A stretch of 63,534 nucleotides of DNA, counting the filler, from Nitrospinota bacterium (lineage in GTDB: Bacteria > JAUXIQ01): assembly GCA_030620925.1 (NCBI GenBank). It is 13 parts of 13 records of this genome, joined end to end, with 100 filler letters (N's around TTAATTAATTAA, not from the genome) between each part and the next. Parts side by side here need not be neighbours in the genome. Positions count along the whole stretch, not along the records: positions 57,766 to 60,664 come from JAUXIQ010000390.1; positions 60,765 to 63,534 come from JAUXIQ010000408.1; 11 more parts are not named here. One strand, 5' to 3'. Numbering within the stretch: the stretch's first letter is position 1; every line of letters begins with the position of its first letter. The position numbers and the translations under genes are program-made. The notes under the pieces are model-generated. The model saw only the letters and a program-made list of their open reading frames with translations. It did no database searches and was not told the DNA's origin. This document shows positions 59,603 through 63,534 of the stretch, one piece after another.

Positions 59603-60664
59603 GTGTCCATCCTTTTCGAACCCACCGATTTTCTGAGTCTTAAGTTAAAAAACAGGTTCGTCAGATCGGCCACGGCGGAGAATTTGGCCGGCCCGGACGG
59701 AAGGGTGACAGACGACTTTCTCTCGCTCTATACCTCTCTGGCCGACGGTCAAATAGGGCTAATAATTACCAGCGCCGTGCTACCTCGCAGGGATTGGTTC
59801 CCCGCACCGGTTCCCGGCCTGCTGTTCCTGGATGAAGACGACGTCATCCCCGGCTTGAAGAAGCTGGTCCAGGCGATTCATTCCAGGGGTTCCGCCGTTA
59901 TCATGCAGATGGTTCCTCCCGCCATGATGGGTGGTGAAGCGGTGGGGCCCAGCCCTCAGGAAAGTGAGCAAGAATCTCCGGATGTCCGGCCAATGACCGT
60001 TCATGAAATCGAGGCCGCCGCCATGGCCATGGGAGAAGCGGGCAGAAGAGCCCGGGAGGCGGGGTTCGACGGCGTGCAGCTGCACGTCTGCCACGGTGAT
60101 ACACTGAGCAAATTCATCTCCGCCCTGTTCAACCGGAGGAGCGACAGATACGGGGGAACACCGGATAACAGGGCGCGGTTTCTATCAGAGACGGTGCGCA
60201 CCATAAAAGAGGCCGCGGGCGAAGACTACCCGGTGCTGGTCAAAATGAACGCCTCCGATTTCTGCCCCGGCGGCATGACCCTTGACGATTCGGCGGCCAT
60301 AGCCCAGATCATCTGCCGGAACGGCGTCTCCGCCATCGAACCATCCGGCGGTGGACCGGGGGCAAATTACACCGCCAGGGGCCCCGTGGATAAAAACCTG
60401 TGGCACGAAGGCTACTTCGTCGACTTCGCGGCCAGGATCAAACGAGAGGTGGACGCTCCAGTGCTGGCGGTGGGAGGCTTCAGGAGCATTCAGCAGGCGG
60501 AAAAAGTCATCCAGGAGGGCAAGGCCGACCTCATCTCCCTGTGCCGCCCGTTCATAAGAGAGCCGGACCTGATAAAAAGGTGGATGAAAGGAGATACCCG
60601 GCCGTCGGATTGCACCTCCTGCGACGGTTGTATCGCCAGATACCGGAGTATGAAGCCCATCTGC
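59603..60664 (+). CDS. NADH:flavin oxidoreductase / Old Yellow Enzyme family with CxxCxxC (3' truncated)
   Basis: LKNRFVRSAT, AGFDGVQLHVCHG, NRRSDRYGG, VGGFR, CRPFIREPDL, CTSCDGC. Confidence 0.92.
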
Positions 60665-60764
60665 NNNNNNNNNNNNNNNNNNNNNNNNNNNNNNNNNNNN
60701 NNNNNNNNTTAATTAATTAANNNNNNNNNNNNNNNNNNNNNNNNNNNNNNNNNNNNNNNNNNNN
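60665..60764. other. Artificial contig spacer
   Basis: N44-TTAATTAATTAA-N44. Confidence 0.99.
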
Positions 60765-60838
60765 CCGGCTACCTCGTGGCCCCAGCGTTTTTTCCTGAAG
60801 ATAACGTAAGTCCAGAAATAATGGGCGTAAGTTTGCAT
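60765..60838 (-). CDS. Possible N-terminus of a membrane/metal-dependent hydrolase-like protein (truncated)
   Basis: Manual translation MQTYAHYFWTYVIFRKKRWGHEVA, open to the contig edge; MxTxxH start resembles such families. Confidence 0.35.
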
Positions 60839-61198
60839 TGCAGGTCACTTCTTCTTCAGGGGAATAAACCGTACAGCTAACTAAAGTTGTGGTTAAACAG
60901 TTGTCCGATGGCCTCCCGCTCAGAAGCGAATTTTATAATAATCCCCGATAAGTTTGCAAGGAAAACAGGGCCGGGAAGTCATTTTAATTTACCGTCCGCT
61001 TCTTATGAAGGAGTGCCGCCGGGGAAACGGCCCGATTTTTCTCACATTCTCAGGATGATGTGTGTTATATTAGCTAACTTCTCATAAAGAATTACCCGGA
61101 TTTGCGGTCTAATCTGCTTGTTAAAGACCTTTTGCGCGATTCCCAGAACCCTATGATATAAGATATAGATGTCCATAACTCTAACCACGGAGCAGGAA

Positions 61199-62020
61199 AT
61201 GGAGGAAGAAGCTAAAGAGGAAAACCCTCAGGAGAGCGAGGAAGAGGCCCAGGAAGCCAAGGCGTCCGAGGAAAAAGCAAAAATACCCGAGGGGAAAGCT
61301 AAATCGTCCAAAGCAAAAACTCCCAAAGAAGCCGAAACACCCGAAGTAGAGGCTGAAGCGCCGAAGGGAAAAGCCAGGGCCAAGAAAAAAACCGATACGC
61401 CTGAGGAAGAGGCCGAGAAACCAAAGAAAAAGGCCAAAGCTCCCAAGGAAAAAGCTGAAGCGCCGAAGGTAGAAGCCGAAGAAGATGAAGCGCCTGCTGA
61501 AGCCCCCAAACCGGAGGTCGAAGCACCGGCGGTGGCAGCCGAAGCGTCCGAAATAGTAGCCGAGGCATCCGAAGAAGAGGCTGAAACACCAAAGGAGGTC
61601 GCCGAAGCTCCTGAAGAAGAAGCCGAGGCGCCTAAGGAAGAAGCCAAAGAAGATGAAGCGCCTGCTGAAGCCCCCAAACCGGAGGTCGAAGCGCCCGAAG
61701 TAAAGGTTGAGGCGCCCGAAATAGTAGCCGAGGCATCCGAAGAAAAGGCTGAAACACCAAAGGAGGTCGCCGAAGCTCCTGAAGAAGAAGCCGAGGCGCC
61801 TAAGGAAGAAGCCAAAAAAGATGAAGCGCCTGCTGAAGCCCCCAAACCGGAGGCCGAAGCGATTAAGCTCCCGTCGCCGGAGAAGCTGGCACTTAAAGCC
61901 ACATTAAAAGAGCTTAAAACAGTGCGGCTGGAAGCCCTTGAGAAAAAAGAGTCGGACAAGCTCAAAGAGACAAGGAAACAGATTAAAAAAATAAAGCGCA
62001 AGCTCAGGAAAGCCTCTTGA
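61199..62020 (+). CDS. Acidic low-complexity (E/A/K/P) protein with basic C-terminal helical domain
   Basis: Uninterrupted ORF with GGAG RBS; heptad EAPxxxx repeats; C-terminus LKATLKELKTVRLEALEKKESDKLKETRKQIKKIKRKLRKAS. Confidence 0.8.
   Translation: MEEEAKEENPQESEEEAQEAKASEEKAKIPEGKAKSSKAKTPKEAETPEVEAEAPKGKARAKKKTDTPEEEAEKPKKKAKAPKEKAEAPKVEAEEDEAPAEAPKPEVEAPAVAAEASEIVAEASEEEAETPKEVAEAPEEEAEAPKEEAKEDEAPAEAPKPEVEAPEVKVEAPEIVAEASEEKAETPKEVAEAPEEEAEAPKEEAKKDEAPAEAPKPEAEAIKLPSPEKLALKATLKELKTVRLEALEKKESDKLKETRKQIKKIKRKLRKAS
61484..61859 (+). repeat. Intragenic 168-bp tandem repeat (about 2.2 copies)
   Basis: GATGAAGCGCCTGCTGAAGCCCCCAAACCGGAGG starts at 61484, 61652 and 61820 (period 168 nt = 56 aa). 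Confidence 0.92.
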
Positions 62021-62062
62021 GCCACACGGCCAGGGCACTATGCCCTTCCGTTGAGCGGATGC

Positions 62063-62317
62063 CTATGATGAAGACTTGCGGTGCTCGGTGCGCTTGATTT
62101 CCTTATCGAGCTTCTCCAGAGCGCTGTCTATGAGGGACCGGACGGCGAGAAGGTTTTCCCTGCCGGCGTTGCTGATATGCTCAACAAACTCCGGCGGGAA
62201 GATGGATCTGAAAGATTCTCTCATATCATCGTAGGCGTCCAGAATGCCGCCGAACCGCTCCCTCTCTTCGCTTTCTTCGCTTCTTTTTTTCGTTCTGGTC
62301 TTTCTGGCTTGCTCCAT
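62063..62317 (-). CDS. Small helical hypothetical protein
   Basis: AGGAGGG RBS; PPEFVEHISNAGRENLLAVRSLID looks like a conserved motif; family not identified. Confidence 0.7.
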   Translation of the reverse strand: MEQARKTRTKKRSEESEERERFGGILDAYDDMRESFRSIFPPEFVEHISNAGRENLLAVRSLIDSALEKLDKEIKRTEHRKSSS

Positions 62318-62453
62318 ATCCCTGCCCTCCTGATACTGAGAAACGCTCAACTGCATTTTCTCTCATCCCTTTAGAAGAGATGCTTCGTTCCGCAGCATTT
62401 CTTCACGCCCATGCGGGCAAACACAGTTCCAAACGATTATTCTACTACTCTAT

Positions 62454-63404
62454 TTACTGTCCGGCCAGTATTTTATCAACCTCTTCTCTCCCACCCATGG
62501 CCCGGGCGCCGACTCTGGTGCAGCAATAGGCCGCGCAGGCGTTGGCGAAGGCGGCCACACGCTCCAGCTCCCACCCCTGTTTGACAGCGAAAGACAGGCC
62601 GCCCATAAAGGCGTCTCCCGCGCCCGTGGTATCCACCACGTCCACGCTGAAAGCCGGACTGTGCACCACCTCCTCCGGGGTGGCTATGCAGCACCCCTCC
62701 TCCCCGGCGGTGAGGGCGACTATGCCGGGCCCGTAATCAAGCAGTTTTCGGGCCATGGCTTCGGGGTCGCTGAGGCCGGTCAACTGCCTGGCGGCGCTCT
62801 TGCATGGCTTCAGCACGTCCGAAAGGGAGAGAACGGCCATTAGCTCAGCTTCGCTGCCCAGCAGGGCCTCCTGGATAAGGTAGTCGGGGTCTATATCCAG
62901 GTCGAAAAAGACCCTGGTCCCCCCGTCTATGGCTATATTGGCGGCGGTGATTACCGGAGGGAGTGGAAGCTGAGACGCTTCGGTGTGGAAATGGTCCGCC
63001 CCTCGGATATAATCCGCAAAATCCCGCTCGATATCCTCAGGGCTAATGACGGCGGTAACGTTGGGGAACATATAGATGGAGCGCTGCCCCCGGTCGTCCA
63101 CGGGTATCCAGGCGAAGGAGCCCCGCTCCCCTTTTTTCACCATTACCCGGCTGGTATCCATCCCCTCTTCGCGGAAGCTGCGAAGCAGGAGCTGCCCGTT
63201 TTCATCGTCTCCCGTGTAGCCGAACCAACCGGTCTTGAGGCCCATGCGGGCGGCCTGCACAAGGTTATTGGCCGTCACGCCGCCCGGATGAACCTCCATC
63301 TCCCTGACTATTACCTTTTCCTCGGCCCCGATAATGCGGGGAGTCAGGGCGAAATAGTCCACCACGCAGCTTCCCAGGCCCACCACCTCGACCCTGTCGA
63401 CCAT
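62454..63404 (-). CDS. PfkB/ribokinase-family carbohydrate kinase
   Basis: PGGVTAN, G..GDDENG, VDTTGAGDAFMGG, ANACAA. Confidence 0.93.
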   Translation of the reverse strand: MVDRVEVVGLGSCVVDYFALTPRIIGAEEKVIVREMEVHPGGVTANNLVQAARMGLKTGWFGYTGDDENGQLLLRSFREEGMDTSRVMVKKGERGSFAWIPVDDRGQRSIYMFPNVTAVISPEDIERDFADYIRGADHFHTEASQLPLPPVITAANIAIDGGTRVFFDLDIDPDYLIQEALLGSEAELMAVLSLSDVLKPCKSAARQLTGLSDPEAMARKLLDYGPGIVALTAGEEGCCIATPEEVVHSPAFSVDVVDTTGAGDAFMGGLSFAVKQGWELERVAAFANACAAYCCTRVGARAMGGREEVDKILAGQ

Positions 63405-63423
63405 GACCTTTCAACTCCCGCCG

Positions 63424-63534
63424 CTACTTGAATTTACGGAAAATACCGATAACTACTCCCTGTATCTGCAGGTCGTGCTCATCGACCACTATCTCTTCCA
63501 TCTCTGGGTTGGCCGGGACGAGCCGGATCCTCTC
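63424..63534 (-). CDS. lexA: C-terminus of LexA repressor / S24 peptidase (partial, not in ORF track)
   Basis: Manual translation ERIRLVPANPEMEEIVVDEHDLQIQGVVIGIFRKFK* matches the LexA C-terminal pattern. Confidence 0.8.
   Translation of the reverse strand, partial: ERIRLVPANPEMEEIVVDEHDLQIQGVVIGIFRKFK

Noticed and set aside
6565-60764. Twelve regularly recurring TTAATTAATTAA motifs, and ORFs ending in X...LIN
   Set aside because: Artificial N-padded contig spacers with six-frame stops; not a biological repeat, and LIN tails are translation artefacts.
61228-62025. 265-aa Ser/Ala-rich minus-strand ORF
   Set aside because: Antisense mirror of the Glu/Ala/Lys repeat gene; the plus strand has the RBS and a structured C-terminal domain.

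Overview
This window is not continuous chromosome. It is 13 short contigs (about 2.6-9 kb) joined by 12 identical 100-nt artificial spacers (44 N + TTAATTAATTAA + 44 N), so gene neighbourhoods only mean something within a contig. The content points to a moderately GC-rich, diderm, probably anaerobic bacterium (inference: deltaproteobacteria/Nitrospinota-like MAG). Housekeeping blocks: degP | pgi-pmi-lepA-lepB | pdxA-rsmA; tmk-ricT-metG-tatD/rSAM; rnhB-yraN; truA-trpE; rpmH-rnpA-yidD-yidC-jag-mnmE; lexA-pfkB. Also present: the tail of a T2SS, lutABC, two glycan-biosynthesis fragments, and several anaerobic Fe-S/CoA enzymes. No rRNA, tRNA, CRISPR array or transposase could be supported. Best candidates for undescribed biology: (1) an apparently complete 4-gene operon with a six-Cys double-cubane-like 2-hydroxyacyl-CoA-dehydratase-family subunit, two paralogous 3-Cys subunits and a CooC-type CxC ATPase, but no canonical ASKHA activator; (2) a tungsten AOR-family enzyme with Cys where the EYET motif normally lies, coupled to an OYE lacking its catalytic Tyr; (3) a ~17-nt hairpin recurring in intergenic DNA of 5 contigs, sometimes nested inside other REP palindromes; (4) two Twitch/SPASM-type radical SAM enzymes in a GmhA/flippase glycan locus; (5) a sirtuin with degenerate NAD-site motifs. 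All family assignments come from motif recognition, not database searches.
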